From assembly GCA_044445585.1 (NCBI GenBank), contig JBIOEB010000001.1, forward strand, positions 520 through 64,519: a stretch of DNA of 64,000 nt. The letters are read 5' to 3'. Origin of the DNA: Candidatus Berkiellales bacterium (GTDB lineage Bacteria > Pseudomonadota > Gammaproteobacteria > Berkiellales > Berkiellaceae). This document shows, one piece after another, positions 39,743 to 51,039 of this stretch. Within the stretch, counting starts at the first letter, position 1. Each line of letters begins with the position of its first letter. Both the position numbers and the translations under genes were made by a program. The notes beneath the pieces are model-generated. The model saw only the letters and a program-made list of their open reading frames with translations, searched no databases and was not told the DNA's origin.

Positions 39743-41264
39743 TATCGTTCAACTGGTCACTACCAAACCATTTTGCCCCGATCCACTTGCACTTTATGCA
39801 AGACTATCGAATGATGGAAATACTGCTGATACGGCCTTGTTTATCAACGCCTTACATGAAAATAAAACCTTCGAGAAAAGCACCATTTTAAAGAAGGCTG
39901 CTTTACGGATTGAATATCGACACCCTCAAATTAAAATAATTGCTTTAACTGATTTGGGTAAAATGGTATTGGAGCTGCATTTTGGTGCAGTTCAAGATGA
40001 AGTCACCCTTTATTTGGATAAAACTTCTGAAGATGACACCTTGACTGATGAAGAGCGGATCTGTCGGAAGAGTGCCTTTGATGTGTTACGTCGTTGCCTC
40101 GATCTTTTTCCTATCCATCAAGAAATCCCATCGGCTATGCAACAATTATTTACGATATTTTCATTTGATTTAATTGCCGCCTTTGAAAAATTACCTTCTT
40201 TATCGGATGATCCCCTTAAATTTCCAGACTGGGTGGCTTTTTTCCCCGAAGAAATTATTGTAATTGATCACCTTCTGCAACAAACACATTACAGTGTTTT
40301 AGGAAATGATAAACAACAAACAGAAAATACTTTAGAAAAGCTTACTCAATATCAGCCAAGGCAAAATAAATCCATTCCAAATACAGTGTCTCGCTCTCAT
40401 CCAGTAGACTGTTCTCATTCGATGGAGGAATATAAACAGCTGGTTGATCGTTGCAAAAAACATATCCAACAAGGAGATATATTTCAAACCGTGATATCTC
40501 GTCGTTTTAGTTTGCCTTGCCATCAACCTTTGCTAGCATTTGAAAATTTAATTCAGACTAATTTTTCACCCTATTTATTTTATTTTAAAGGCCACGAACA
40601 TACCTTGTTTGGTGCATCGCCTGAAACTTGCGTTAAAGTAGAAAAATCAGAACACTTGAACGAAAGAAAAGTGACCCTTTGCCCTATCGCAGGCACCCGA
40701 CCACGAGGGTTTGATCATCAAGGTAAAATTGATCGCGATAAAGATAGTCGGCTCGAAACTGGAATGAGATTGAGCCAAAAAGAATTGGCTGAACACATGA
40801 TGCTGGTTGATCTCGCACGCAACGATATTGCCAGAATAAGCCTGGCAGGAACTTGTCAAGTCACAGAGCTCACCACCGTGAGTCGTTATGCCAAAGTAAT
40901 GCATTTGTGCTCGAAAGTGCAAGGTAAATTAAAGCCTTCGTTAGATGCGCTGCACGCCTATAGCGCGTGTATGAATATGGGAACGTTGTCGGGCGCGCCT
41001 AAATTAAGAGCCACTGAAATATTGCGTGAGTGTGAGCAAGAAAAACGCGGCCCTTATGGAGGCGCAATCGGTTTAGTGGGTGTTGACGGTGAAATGGATA
41101 CCGCTATTATCATTCGTTCTGCAGTGGTTTATCAAAATGTCGCCCATGTGCGCGCCGGTGCAGGGATTGTCGCAGATTCAGATCCCACCTTAGAAGCATT
41201 AGAAACACAACATAAAGCACAAGCGGTATTAAATGCCATTATCGCCGCAGGAGAAACATCATGA
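39735..41264 (+). CDS. trpE: Anthranilate synthase component I
   Basis: GDIFQTV, SPYLFY, GASPE, PIAGTRPRG, AEHMMLVDLARND, MNMGTLSGAPK. Confidence 0.95.
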   Translation: MSDIVQLVTTKPFCPDPLALYARLSNDGNTADTALFINALHENKTFEKSTILKKAALRIEYRHPQIKIIALTDLGKMVLELHFGAVQDEVTLYLDKTSEDDTLTDEERICRKSAFDVLRRCLDLFPIHQEIPSAMQQLFTIFSFDLIAAFEKLPSLSDDPLKFPDWVAFFPEEIIVIDHLLQQTHYSVLGNDKQQTENTLEKLTQYQPRQNKSIPNTVSRSHPVDCSHSMEEYKQLVDRCKKHIQQGDIFQTVISRRFSLPCHQPLLAFENLIQTNFSPYLFYFKGHEHTLFGASPETCVKVEKSEHLNERKVTLCPIAGTRPRGFDHQGKIDRDKDSRLETGMRLSQKELAEHMMLVDLARNDIARISLAGTCQVTELTTVSRYAKVMHLCSKVQGKLKPSLDALHAYSACMNMGTLSGAPKLRATEILRECEQEKRGPYGGAIGLVGVDGEMDTAIIIRSAVVYQNVAHVRAGAGIVADSDPTLEALETQHKAQAVLNAIIAAGETS

Positions 41265-41875
41265 CTTGTAATGTGATTGTGATCGACAATTATGATTCTT
41301 TTACATTTAATTTAGTAGATAGTTTAAAAAAACAAAAAGCCAATGTGATTGTGTATCGTAACTCGGCGCCGCTTGATTTTATCATCGATCAGATCAAAAA
41401 GCTTGAATATCCAAAATGTTTGATTTTATCCCCTGGGCCTGGCAACCCACAGCAAGCAGGAATATGCTTAGATCTTATTAAAGCAACGTATCGAATGATC
41501 CCTATTCTTGGGATCTGCCTTGGTCATCAAAGTATTGGGGAAGCATTTGGAGGCAAACTGGATGTCGATGTTAACCCTTTTCATGGAAAAGTCAGCACCA
41601 TCGAGCATGAGCACCATCCCCTGTTTTCAGATCTGCCTAGCCCGATGGAAGTAGGCCGTTACCATTCTTTGTATGTGAAAGAACTGCCTTCAACTTTGAA
41701 AGTGATCGCTACCCATCAAGGAATGATCATGGGATTGGCACATCAACACTACCCCGTTTACGGCTTACAATTTCATCCCGAATCAATTTTAACACCGTAC
41801 GGCGATCAAATTATCGAGAACTTTATGAAAATGACGATCGCTTTAAGCTCGGAGGTAAACTATGCTCTCGCCTAA
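41261..41875 (+). CDS. trpG: Anthranilate synthase component II (glutamine amidotransferase)
   Basis: IDNYDSFTFNL, LSPGPG, GICLGHQ, RYHSL, QFHPES. Confidence 0.95.
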   Translation: MTCNVIVIDNYDSFTFNLVDSLKKQKANVIVYRNSAPLDFIIDQIKKLEYPKCLILSPGPGNPQQAGICLDLIKATYRMIPILGICLGHQSIGEAFGGKLDVDVNPFHGKVSTIEHEHHPLFSDLPSPMEVGRYHSLYVKELPSTLKVIATHQGMIMGLAHQHYPVYGLQFHPESILTPYGDQIIENFMKMTIALSSEVNYALA

Positions 41876-42899
41876 TTTATCTCATGTTTTAGAAAAATTA
41901 TCGCAAGGCAAATCATTAACGCTCAAGCAAAGTCATTCTCAGTTTAGTTTAATGGCCAGTGGTCAATATTCATCCATAGAGATCGCTGCTTTATTAGTTG
42001 CATTAAAAACAAAAGGAGAAACACCTAACGAGATCAGCGGTGCAGTGCAAGCGATGCGACAAGCTGCAAAACCTTTTCCAAATGCTTTAAAATTAAAAAA
42101 AAACTATACCATTGTAGATTGTGTCGGTACGGGAGGGGATGGGCAACAAACGCTTAATATTTCGACTGCAGTCTCAATCATACTTGCTTGTACCGATATT
42201 AAAGTTGCGAAACATGGCAACCGGGCAATTTCATCGCAATGTGGCTCGGCAGATTTATTAGCCAACGTGGGTGTCAAATTGGATGTTTCACCCAAGGTTG
42301 CTGAACAATTATTACTTGATTTGAATTTTTGTTTTCTCTTTGCGCCGCTTTACCATCCTGCTGCGCGTTTTGCTACTGATGTTCGTACCACTTTAAAAAC
42401 CAAAACGATCTTTAACCTGTTAGGACCGCTCCTAAATCCTGTACAACCTGATTACCAATTAGTAGGCGTTTATGATCCTAATTTATGCGCGCCTTTAGCC
42501 AAGGTTTTTAAAATGTTAGGCACGCGACGTGCTCTAGTCGTGCATGGAAGCGGTTTAGATGAAATGGCAATTCATGGGCCAACGACTGGCAGTTTATTAA
42601 TGGATGGAGAAATTTCAGACTTTCGTCTTGTTCCAGAAGAAGTTGGGTTATCGACCTATCCATTAGAAACATTACAAGGAGGTGATCCCGAAACCAATAC
42701 TCAACAATTTCTCAAATTACTGCAAGGCAAAGGATCATTAGCCTATCAAACTTCGGTTGCCCTCAATGCAGGAACACTGCTGTGGTTGGTAGGACAAACC
42801 TCATCACTTCGAGCAGGAGTGAATCTAGTACAAGATTTACTGCAAAGCGACCAAGGTTACCAGAGATTAATGCAAATCAAAGAGATGAGTCATGCTTAA
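41862..42899 (+). CDS. trpD: Anthranilate phosphoribosyltransferase
   Basis: DCVGTGGDG, NIST, KHGNR, GSADLL, FNLLGPL, GLDE. Confidence 0.96.
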   Translation: MLSPNLSHVLEKLSQGKSLTLKQSHSQFSLMASGQYSSIEIAALLVALKTKGETPNEISGAVQAMRQAAKPFPNALKLKKNYTIVDCVGTGGDGQQTLNISTAVSIILACTDIKVAKHGNRAISSQCGSADLLANVGVKLDVSPKVAEQLLLDLNFCFLFAPLYHPAARFATDVRTTLKTKTIFNLLGPLLNPVQPDYQLVGVYDPNLCAPLAKVFKMLGTRRALVVHGSGLDEMAIHGPTTGSLLMDGEISDFRLVPEEVGLSTYPLETLQGGDPETNTQQFLKLLQGKGSLAYQTSVALNAGTLLWLVGQTSSLRAGVNLVQDLLQSDQGYQRLMQIKEMSHA

Positions 42900-44271
42900 A
42901 GAAATGATTGAAAAGCAAAAGCAAGATCTATTGCTTCGGCAAAAAATGTTACCCCTACCAAGTTTTTTGCCATTGTTACAACCCAGTACACGGGATTTTA
43001 TCGGCGCCTTAAAAATACATCAACCCGCTTTAATTTTTGAATGCAAATACCGATCACCGAGCTTGGGTAAATTACGGAGTGAATACCCTATCACCGAAAT
43101 GGCTAAACAATATGCCAAATTTGCCGATGCCATTTCAGTACTGACCAACACCCCTTTTTTTGGTGGATCGTTCAGCCATTTAAGAAGAGTCTCTCAAGCA
43201 ATCGATAAACCGATCTTAGCTAAAGATATTATTATCGATCCATATCAAGTTGCTGTTGCTCGACTCTACGGTGCCGATGCCGTGTTACTGATGTTGTCGG
43301 TACTCGATGATCGCGAATACTTAGCTTGTCGTGAACAAGCAGAAAAACTCAATATGAGTGTCTTAACCGAAGTCCATACGCGTCAGGAACTGTTACGAGC
43401 CAAGCAGTTAAACGCTAATCTGATTGGGATCAATCATCGTAATTTAAATACCTTAGAGCTTGATATGGGCCTGATTAATAAGTTATTAACCGATCTCCCT
43501 AAAGACACGCTTATTATAGCTGAATCAGGGATCCATTCGGCAGAAGACATGCAAAAATTAAGTGGCATGGTCGATGGTTTTTTAATTGGAACCACTTTAA
43601 GTCGAGCTACAAATATTGATCATAAAATGCGAGAATTAGCTTTCGGCAATGTTAAAATATGTGGATTAACTCGCGAAGAAGACGTCAAAAATGCTTTCCT
43701 CGCAGGGGCAACTTTTGGTGGTTTAAATTTTATACCTGAGTCCCTTCGAAAGATCACGGTTGAACAAGCCATTAAATTACAATTGGCTGCCCCGATGAAA
43801 TACGTTGGCATTTTTGCTAAGCAAGCGATTAATACCATCGTAGAAACCGCTAAGCAATTAAATTTACATGCAGTTCAAATGCATGGCCAAGAAGACAATC
43901 AAACTATGATGCAATTGCGACAAGCACTGCCACCCTCTTGTCAAATATGGTTAGCGGTTCCTGGAAACACAAAAATGACTGAGCTCCCACCTGGGGTAGA
44001 TAAATTGGTCTTTGACACTCAGTCTGATCGTCAGTTTGGTGGAACAGGTCAAACTTTTGATTGGGCACCTTTAACCCACTCTCCGTTGTTAAAAGACATT
44101 GTTTTGGCAGGTGGCTTAGCAAGTCATAACATCGCCGCGGCCAGCAAAATAAAAGCATGGGCGCTCGATATTAGCTCAAGCGTTGAATGCAAACCGGGTG
44201 TTAAAGATCCCATAAAATTAAAAGCGTTATTTCAAAATTTACGAGGAGCTTGTTATGATACAACATCATGA
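42892..44271 (+). CDS. trpCF: Fused indole-3-glycerol phosphate synthase / PRA isomerase
   Basis: [23 protein letters not shown]; then [20 protein letters not shown]. Confidence 0.95.
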   Translation: MLKEMIEKQKQDLLLRQKMLPLPSFLPLLQPSTRDFIGALKIHQPALIFECKYRSPSLGKLRSEYPITEMAKQYAKFADAISVLTNTPFFGGSFSHLRRVSQAIDKPILAKDIIIDPYQVAVARLYGADAVLLMLSVLDDREYLACREQAEKLNMSVLTEVHTRQELLRAKQLNANLIGINHRNLNTLELDMGLINKLLTDLPKDTLIIAESGIHSAEDMQKLSGMVDGFLIGTTLSRATNIDHKMRELAFGNVKICGLTREEDVKNAFLAGATFGGLNFIPESLRKITVEQAIKLQLAAPMKYVGIFAKQAINTIVETAKQLNLHAVQMHGQEDNQTMMQLRQALPPSCQIWLAVPGNTKMTELPPGVDKLVFDTQSDRQFGGTGQTFDWAPLTHSPLLKDIVLAGGLASHNIAAASKIKAWALDISSSVECKPGVKDPIKLKALFQNLRGACYDTTS

Positions 44272-45436
44272 AGGGTATTTTGGTGAGTTTGGTGGCAGTT
44301 TTGTGCCACAAATTCTGATCCCAGCCCTCGAAGAGCTGACCCAAGCTTTTCATACACTACAAAAAGACCCTCAATTTAATCAACAATTACGCACTTTATT
44401 ACAAGATTATGCCGGAAGACCAACGCCTTTATATGAATGTCAACGACTTCCCATCAATAAACAAGCTAGAATATTTTTAAAGCGTGAAGATTTAGTCCAT
44501 GGCGGCGCCCATAAAACTAATCAAGTACTGGCTCAAGGTTTATTAGCAAAATATTTAAATAAAACACGCTTGATTGCTGAAACCGGTGCCGGCCAACATG
44601 GCGTTGCCACCGCCATGGTCGGCGCCTTGTTAGGGCTTGAAACCCATATTTTTATGGGAGCAAAAGACGTTGCGCGTCAATCGGCTAATGTTAAAAGAAT
44701 GCAACTTTTTGGTGCTCAAGTTCATCCGATAACCGATGGTGCTCAAACTTTAAAAGAAGCAGTGAATGCCACTTTACGCGAATGGTCCGCCACTTATCAT
44801 AACACTCATTATGTATTAGGCACGGTGGTCGGGCCACACCCTTATCCTTTGATGGTAAGAGAATTTCAACGCATTATTGGCAAAGAAGCAAAGCAGCAAA
44901 TTCTTTCTAAACTAAATAGATTACCTGACTACGTTGTCGCATGTGTGGGTGGTGGATCGAATGCCATGGGAATTTTTTGCGACTTTGTTGACGATAAAGA
45001 GGTTACTTTGATTGGCGTTGAGCCTGCAGGGTTGGGATTACACACGCAGCATCATGGAGCGACCTTACAACTTGGACAACCAGGGATTTTTCATGGCACC
45101 AAAAGTATCTTTTTGCAAAATAATGAAGGCCAAATTCAAACAACTCATTCTGTTGCTGCAGGGTTGGATTACCCAGGCGTGGGCCCTGAGCACGCTTTTT
45201 TGCAAGCTTCTGGCCGAGCAAACTATGTGGGCGTCACCAATGATCAAGCTCTAGAAGCTTATCATCTGCTTGCACGTTATGAAGGGATCCTTCCGGCACT
45301 GGAATCGGCTCATGCTTTAGCTTATGCCTTCCAGATCGCAAATAAGTGTAATGATCATCCCATCATTATGGTGAATTTGTCGGGTCGTGGCGATAAAGAT
45401 ATTGATCAAGTTTTAGAGATCTCAAAAGGAAAATAA
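44255..45436 (+). CDS. trpB: Tryptophan synthase beta chain
   Basis: [49 protein letters not shown]. Confidence 0.97.
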   Translation: MIQHHEGYFGEFGGSFVPQILIPALEELTQAFHTLQKDPQFNQQLRTLLQDYAGRPTPLYECQRLPINKQARIFLKREDLVHGGAHKTNQVLAQGLLAKYLNKTRLIAETGAGQHGVATAMVGALLGLETHIFMGAKDVARQSANVKRMQLFGAQVHPITDGAQTLKEAVNATLREWSATYHNTHYVLGTVVGPHPYPLMVREFQRIIGKEAKQQILSKLNRLPDYVVACVGGGSNAMGIFCDFVDDKEVTLIGVEPAGLGLHTQHHGATLQLGQPGIFHGTKSIFLQNNEGQIQTTHSVAAGLDYPGVGPEHAFLQASGRANYVGVTNDQALEAYHLLARYEGILPALESAHALAYAFQIANKCNDHPIIMVNLSGRGDKDIDQVLEISKGK

Positions 45437-45437
45437 T

Positions 45438-46247
45438 ATGTCACGATTTGCCGCACTTTTTGATCAACCTTTCTTGCACCAACGCTGCGCCCATATACCT
45501 TTTTTAATGTTAGGTTATCCTACCCTTGAACTGAGCAAAAAGATTATTGATTCAGTCATTAAGGCAGGGATCGATGCTTTAGAACTTGGGATCCCCTTTT
45601 CGGATCCCATTGCTGATGGCCCCGTTATTGCCCAAGCAGCTAAAACTGCTTTGCAAAATGGAAGCACGATGGATCAATGTTTGGAGATCATCGATGATAT
45701 TCGTCTACGATATCCTACGTTACCTATTGGACTATTAGTTTACGCAAACCTTGTTTATCAAAGAGGGATTGATCAATTTTATGCAGAGGCAAAACAAGCG
45801 GGGATCGATGCCATTTTGTTGCCAGATGTCCCTACTAAAGAGATTTACCCTTTTGTAACTGCTGCTCAACAATATGAGATTGATCCTATTTTACTGGCTA
45901 CACCCGCATGTCGAAAACAAGACTTGCTTGCTTTAGCACAATCATCTAGTGGTTACACCTATGTGGTGACACGAAAAGGTGTCACCGGTACTGAGCGACA
46001 AAGTGAATTTACGCAGGCTAAAATACTTGTAGCGCAACTTCAAGCACTCAATGCTCCTCCACCGGTTTTTGGATTTGGAATAAAAAATGGAGACGATGTC
46101 AAACAAGCTTATCAAGCCGGAGCGAAAGGAGCCATCATTGGCTCGGCGTTAATTCAAGAAATTGCAAAAATGTCTCCTGAAGCCATTGAAGCCGATCATC
46201 CGATTACCTTATTGACTCAAAAATTATTTAATCATGCCGATAGCTGA
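45438..46247 (+). CDS. trpA: Tryptophan synthase alpha chain
   Basis: LELGIPFSDPIADGPVI, YANL, GVTG, GFGI, IIGSA. Confidence 0.96.
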   Translation: MSRFAALFDQPFLHQRCAHIPFLMLGYPTLELSKKIIDSVIKAGIDALELGIPFSDPIADGPVIAQAAKTALQNGSTMDQCLEIIDDIRLRYPTLPIGLLVYANLVYQRGIDQFYAEAKQAGIDAILLPDVPTKEIYPFVTAAQQYEIDPILLATPACRKQDLLALAQSSSGYTYVVTRKGVTGTERQSEFTQAKILVAQLQALNAPPPVFGFGIKNGDDVKQAYQAGAKGAIIGSALIQEIAKMSPEAIEADHPITLLTQKLFNHADS

Positions 46248-46259
46248 TTAATATAATAA

Positions 46260-46670
46260 ATGGGTGATATTGTGGGGGATATTAAGGTGGATATTTCTAT
46301 ATTTTGGGCAAGATTACTTGGTCTTTATGCAGTGATTATACCCATTGGCATGTATTTTCAAATTAAAACTTACCAGACCATCATGTTGCTAATAGGTAAA
46401 AATCCCGTGGAATTGATGATTATGGGGATTTTTACGCTGTTTTTAGGATTAGCTATTCTGGTGAGTCATCAAAAGTGGCGAGGCTGGCCGATCATTGTTA
46501 CTCTGCTTGGTTATTGGATTACCCTGAAAGGGATCATCCTTTCCTTTTCCCCAGTTTTAGTTGATTTAGCGATGAAATTCGGGACTAAAAATATTTGTTA
46601 CTCTTTGCTGCCTGCTTTCATCATTGGATTAATTTTATTATATTTTGGTTTTGCTCATTCAAAGAATTAA
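46260..46670 (+). CDS. Small four-TM membrane protein
   Basis: Hydrophobic ORF, W.GWPIIVTLLG..LKG. Confidence 0.7.
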   Translation: MGDIVGDIKVDISIFWARLLGLYAVIIPIGMYFQIKTYQTIMLLIGKNPVELMIMGIFTLFLGLAILVSHQKWRGWPIIVTLLGYWITLKGIILSFSPVLVDLAMKFGTKNICYSLLPAFIIGLILLYFGFAHSKN

Positions 46671-46705
46671 GCAAGCGTTAATCAAATTTCCATCTGGGAA
46701 GATAT

Positions 46706-46831
46706 ATACTGCTTCCACTTTAAAATTAGGGATCCCGTCATTGCGAGCGCTTCGCGAAGCAATCCAGTCTTTTCAAGATATATTCTGGATTGCTTCCCCT
46801 TCGCTTCGCTCTGGGTCGCAATGACGGAGTA
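46706..46831. repeat. 126-bp palindromic element (CGTCATTGCGA family), copy 1
   Basis: ATACTGCTTCCACTTT flank + CCGTCATTGCGA...TCGCAATGACGG; second copy at 54021-54146. Confidence 0.88.
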
Positions 46832-46883
46832 GATCATAAACCCCACATTGGGATTTATGATCTCATGTGAAAAGATTATTTCA

Positions 46884-48542
46884 TTACTTTTTAAAGCGAC
46901 TTCTGATTGCTAACAATAATTTATCACGCTCTTGTGGATCCGTTGTCGCTTGTCGCGCCATAGTGTTCAACTCTCCTTGATTGGGCGCTTTGTTTTGATG
47001 CGTTTTCATATAGGTCGTTACCGCAGCAGAAACAGCCTGTGATGGATTGTGCGTTTGTGCCATTGTCGTTGTCATCGTTTGGGTTGGATCGGGTGGTGGC
47101 GGAGCTTGTGGCCTAACCGGTGGTACCACGGGGGCTGCTGCTCTACCTGCAGGTGGAACTGCAGGTTGGGCTCTTGCTCTCATAGCAGGTGGCGCTGCAG
47201 GTGCTGCTGCTTGTGGTCTTGCAGGTGTTCCTGCGCTGCCAGTAGGTGGTAATGCAGGCCGTGCTCCTGCTCTTCCTGCGGGCGGTACTGCAGGTTGCGC
47301 ACGTGCTCTTCCTGCAAATGGTGTTGCCGCTGATGCAGCGGGTGGTTTTTGGCTCATGCTAGCAGGCAGAGGCAAATCAAACACTTGATCAGATGATGAA
47401 CTTGAAGACGACTCCGATGAACTTGAAACTGCCAGCACTCTAGGACCGCCTTGAGAAGGCTGTGGAGCTTTCGCAGGAGGCGGCGTTTGAGATCTCGCTC
47501 TCGATGGTATCGATGCTGAAGGTGGCTGAGCTGGTGCAGAACCTGATCTTGATCTAGAAGAAGAGGAAGTAGCACTTGCACTTTTTTGAGAAGAAGTTGA
47601 AGTTGATCTCGATCTAGCAGATTGCGGAGCAGTACTTGATTCCGAAGAAGTTGAAGTTGATCTCGATCTAGCAACTTGCGCAGCAGTACCTGATTGTGAA
47701 AGTTTGGACAAACTCAAATTTAAAGAGCTGACGGGTAGCTGCGGGTGTTTTTTCTTATATCCAACAAGTATATTGGGAATAAAAATTGCGAAACTTTCTA
47801 ATTCTAATAGCGCAGGTAATCGAGAATTAATAGCGTGTACTGCAATATCCTTTTGTAGATCAATATTTTTCATATCGGCAGCAGTAGGTTTATCCTTGCC
47901 AAGGGCATGAGCCAACCAATTTGGCTCATCTAACAAGCCACCGATGAATTCTACAATATCATCTGGCTTAACATCTTTAAATATTTTTGTTATTTGTTCT
48001 TTTATAATATTTAAGTTTCCTGGTGCAATAGGGTTATGATCTTTGTTTTTGTAAATCGCGTATAGATATCCCCTTTCCGGAAAAAGTGCTCCCGTAAAAT
48101 AGGGGTTGCTACCAACCGCTTGATGCCTCAGCATAAAATTTAATAGACCACCCTTGGGATCAGTTTTTAATATCAAATCTGTGACAATCTTCACCATTCT
48201 AGGAGTATCTGGGCTTTGTACTAAAGATGCCATTTGTAATATATTTAATTTATGTTTTGTTGAAATGAGATCTATGTGTTCATTTAACTTGCGCGAGTAT
48301 TGTTCATACATGACTATCGCTAATCGTACTTTTTCTAAATCTCCAGACGATACTGCCAACATTAATAAAGTTTGGTTTTCTGGGGGTACCACAATAGATG
48401 CAGCTTGGTTTAACACTTCTTTATCACGTGTCAGAAGCATTAACTCTTCCAATTGTCGAGCTGTCCCATCTCTGGCTGTTCTCAAAAGATCTTCAGCTGC
48501 TTTTTTAACGTCTGTACCTTTTTTCATGAGTTGTCTCCTCAA
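46884..48542 (-). CDS. Effector-like protein: ankyrin-like N-terminus, Ser-rich and Pro/Ala/Arg-rich repeats
   Basis: TLLMLAVSSGDLEKVRL; ARSRSTSTSS twice (54-bp DNA period); RAQPAVPPAGRA twice; SD GAGGAG. Confidence 0.8.
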   Translation of the reverse strand: MRRQLMKKGTDVKKAAEDLLRTARDGTARQLEELMLLTRDKEVLNQAASIVVPPENQTLLMLAVSSGDLEKVRLAIVMYEQYSRKLNEHIDLISTKHKLNILQMASLVQSPDTPRMVKIVTDLILKTDPKGGLLNFMLRHQAVGSNPYFTGALFPERGYLYAIYKNKDHNPIAPGNLNIIKEQITKIFKDVKPDDIVEFIGGLLDEPNWLAHALGKDKPTAADMKNIDLQKDIAVHAINSRLPALLELESFAIFIPNILVGYKKKHPQLPVSSLNLSLSKLSQSGTAAQVARSRSTSTSSESSTAPQSARSRSTSTSSQKSASATSSSSRSRSGSAPAQPPSASIPSRARSQTPPPAKAPQPSQGGPRVLAVSSSSESSSSSSSDQVFDLPLPASMSQKPPAASAATPFAGRARAQPAVPPAGRAGARPALPPTGSAGTPARPQAAAPAAPPAMRARAQPAVPPAGRAAAPVVPPVRPQAPPPPDPTQTMTTTMAQTHNPSQAVSAAVTTYMKTHQNKAPNQGELNTMARQATTDPQERDKLLLAIRSRFKK

Positions 48543-48643
48543 AATAAACTTATAAATAAGCTATTTATTAAGACATCAGGGTCAGAAGTAAGTTCAACGA
48601 ACCTATAAATTGCTTAGAATTCAATAAGTTACTGACTATAGCC

Positions 48644-49525
48644 TTAAATGTGGGCTATTCCATCAATAATATTATCGTTTAAGTCAATCTCATTTGTAAG
48701 ATGGGGAAGTGTATTGCTAGTGACAATTTTTTTCGCACCAGCATTTAACAAATCTTGATAGGCATTACCAACAAACACAGCGTGGATCCCAATACAAATA
48801 GGTGATCCCCACCCTCTTTTCATTATCGCTTCTATCGATTTGGTCATGGTAACACCCGTTGAAATGATATCGTCAATTAAAACTGGAGTGCGGTTCTGGT
48901 GTAATTGAGTTGCGGGCAACATAACTTCGACATCACGATCACCTTTTCTCGTTTTTTCCAAAATGATATAAGGAGCATCCACTTTTTGAGCAATACGATT
49001 GATCCATTGCTCGCTTTCCATATCAGGACCAATAATAAATGGATTAGGGATATGTTCTTTAATCCATAAAGCAATATTGTTGGTAGCATGTAGCACTACT
49101 GTTGGAATAGTATAAATATCGCTTAAGGATTTCCAACGATGTAAATGAGGATCAAAGGTTATTAAAGCATCGACGTGGTTTGAAAGGAGCGATCCAAAAT
49201 ATTTTGAAGTAACTCCTTCACTCGAATCAAACTGTTTATCTTGCCTCATATAAGGTAGATAGGGTGCAATTAAAGTAATATGTTTGGCACCCAATTCGCG
49301 AGCCGTTTCAGCAGTAAATATGAGTGGCAATATATTCAAATTAATGTTTAATAAATTTGCCACTAAAATAACATGACGATCCTTAACGTCGGATTTTATT
49401 CTAACTAATACTTCTTTATCGGGAAAATAATGAAAAGATATTTCCCCTATCTCAATATTAAGTTTATTCTGCAATGGTTGAATAAACTGTGTAGCTCCAA
49501 ATAGGTATAAAGCAATTGGGTTCAT
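48644..49525 (-). CDS. Ribose-phosphate pyrophosphokinase-like protein
   Basis: FPDKE, APYLPYMRQD, DPHLH, GPDMES, K.R.GDR, LIDDIISTG. Confidence 0.9.
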   Translation of the reverse strand: MNPIALYLFGATQFIQPLQNKLNIEIGEISFHYFPDKEVLVRIKSDVKDRHVILVANLLNINLNILPLIFTAETARELGAKHITLIAPYLPYMRQDKQFDSSEGVTSKYFGSLLSNHVDALITFDPHLHRWKSLSDIYTIPTVVLHATNNIALWIKEHIPNPFIIGPDMESEQWINRIAQKVDAPYIILEKTRKGDRDVEVMLPATQLHQNRTPVLIDDIISTGVTMTKSIEAIMKRGWGSPICIGIHAVFVGNAYQDLLNAGAKKIVTSNTLPHLTNEIDLNDNIIDGIAHI

Positions 49526-51039
49526 TTATCTGCCTCAATTGTTAGAATATGTTTCTCATGCTCAAGATAAGATAAGGCATAATTTAATTCGCCACGTGAT
49601 TCAGCAAATATTGTAAATAAAGGCTCACCTTTTACCACAGGTGAATTAAGTGCTGTTGCTAATGAGATCCCAGCAGCTTTTGCACGAGGGGCCCCTGCAA
49701 GCTTAGCAAGCTGCGCAAGCAAACGATTATTAATATTCGTGATAATACCACTACTTTTCGCTTTTACGACATGATGATAATGTGCTATGGGCGGCTCAGC
49801 CATCCCACCTTGTGCTTTACAAATCGCCTGAAACTTCTTAAACGCTCTTCCACTCTCTAATATTTCGGTTGCTATTTTCTGCCCTTGCCCTGGTGCTACA
49901 CTGGGTGAAAATTCTATAATGGCCCCTGCCAACATTAAGGATCTTTCTCGTAAATCTTGCGGAGCCTCTTTTTGGCACGATAACACCGCGAGTACGTCTC
50001 GTGCTTCGAGGGCTGGCCCTATTCCCCTCCCAATTGGCTGCGATCCATCGGTAAAAAGCACTTTTAATTCAACGCCCAATCGGACACCAATGGTTTGCAG
50101 TTCGTTTTTTAAATTCTCTGCTTCTTCTAAAGATCTTATTTTAACTGAGGAACCAATTGGCACATCAATCAGGATATGCGTCGAACCTGCAGCAATTTTT
50201 TTGGATAAAATAGAAGCCACTAGCTGGCCTTGAGCATCGATATTCATTGCGCGCTCGATTCTAATCAAAGTATCATCTGCCGGGCTGAGTGAAACGGAAC
50301 CTCCCCACACAATGCACCCATTTTCCTGCTCAACGACTTTGCGCATTTTTTCTAAAGTAAGATTGACTGGGGAAAATACTTCCATAGTATCTGCCGTTCC
50401 CGCAGGAGACGTTATGGCCCGTGATGAGGTTTTAGGGATAGTCATGCCAAATTCAGCAATAATAGGCACTAAAATTAATGTGGTTCGATTTCCGGGTAAC
50501 CCGCCCACGCAATGCTTATCGACAGCAAATTTAGAAGGCCATTGCAATTGTTGGCCACTGCGTATCATTGAATTAGTAAGATAATATATTTCTTGGGAGT
50601 TTAACCCCACACCCGCGCAAGCCGTTAAAAACATGGTAACATCAATATCGGAATAGGATCCTTTCACCACATCTCGGATAATATATTCAAATTGATCTTC
50701 AGATAAGGAACGTCCATAGATTTTTGCCCGAACATATTTTAACGAGGCCAATGGTTTAGGGTGCGTTAAAACGATTTCATCCCCTACTTTTGCTTGCAAT
50801 ACTTTCCAGGCAAAAGTGGATAGGCTGGCTTCATCCTGACTTAATAAATTGCTTTCAATCATATTTAAGGTGGCGATAATTGATTTATCTCCCAACGTGA
50901 CTAAAATCCTTGCTTGAGCTTCAAAGCCTTCTGCGCGGCAAACATGACAATCCTCAAGCATATAAATAACCGCTTCGTTATAAGTATCGATGCCCAGATT
51001 TTTTAGCCGCAAGGTGGCTATTTTTTCAGGAAGTGTCAT
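49522..51039 (-). CDS. Thymidine phosphorylase family protein, AMP-phosphorylase-like type
   Basis: DKHCVGGLPGNRTT, PKTSSRAITSPAGTADTME, LSPADD, SILSKK, QPIGRGIGPALEA; extra N-terminal domain. Confidence 0.92.
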   Translation of the reverse strand: MTLPEKIATLRLKNLGIDTYNEAVIYMLEDCHVCRAEGFEAQARILVTLGDKSIIATLNMIESNLLSQDEASLSTFAWKVLQAKVGDEIVLTHPKPLASLKYVRAKIYGRSLSEDQFEYIIRDVVKGSYSDIDVTMFLTACAGVGLNSQEIYYLTNSMIRSGQQLQWPSKFAVDKHCVGGLPGNRTTLILVPIIAEFGMTIPKTSSRAITSPAGTADTMEVFSPVNLTLEKMRKVVEQENGCIVWGGSVSLSPADDTLIRIERAMNIDAQGQLVASILSKKIAAGSTHILIDVPIGSSVKIRSLEEAENLKNELQTIGVRLGVELKVLFTDGSQPIGRGIGPALEARDVLAVLSCQKEAPQDLRERSLMLAGAIIEFSPSVAPGQGQKIATEILESGRAFKKFQAICKAQGGMAEPPIAHYHHVVKAKSSGIITNINNRLLAQLAKLAGAPRAKAAGISLATALNSPVVKGEPLFTIFAESRGELNYALSYLEHEKHILTIEADK

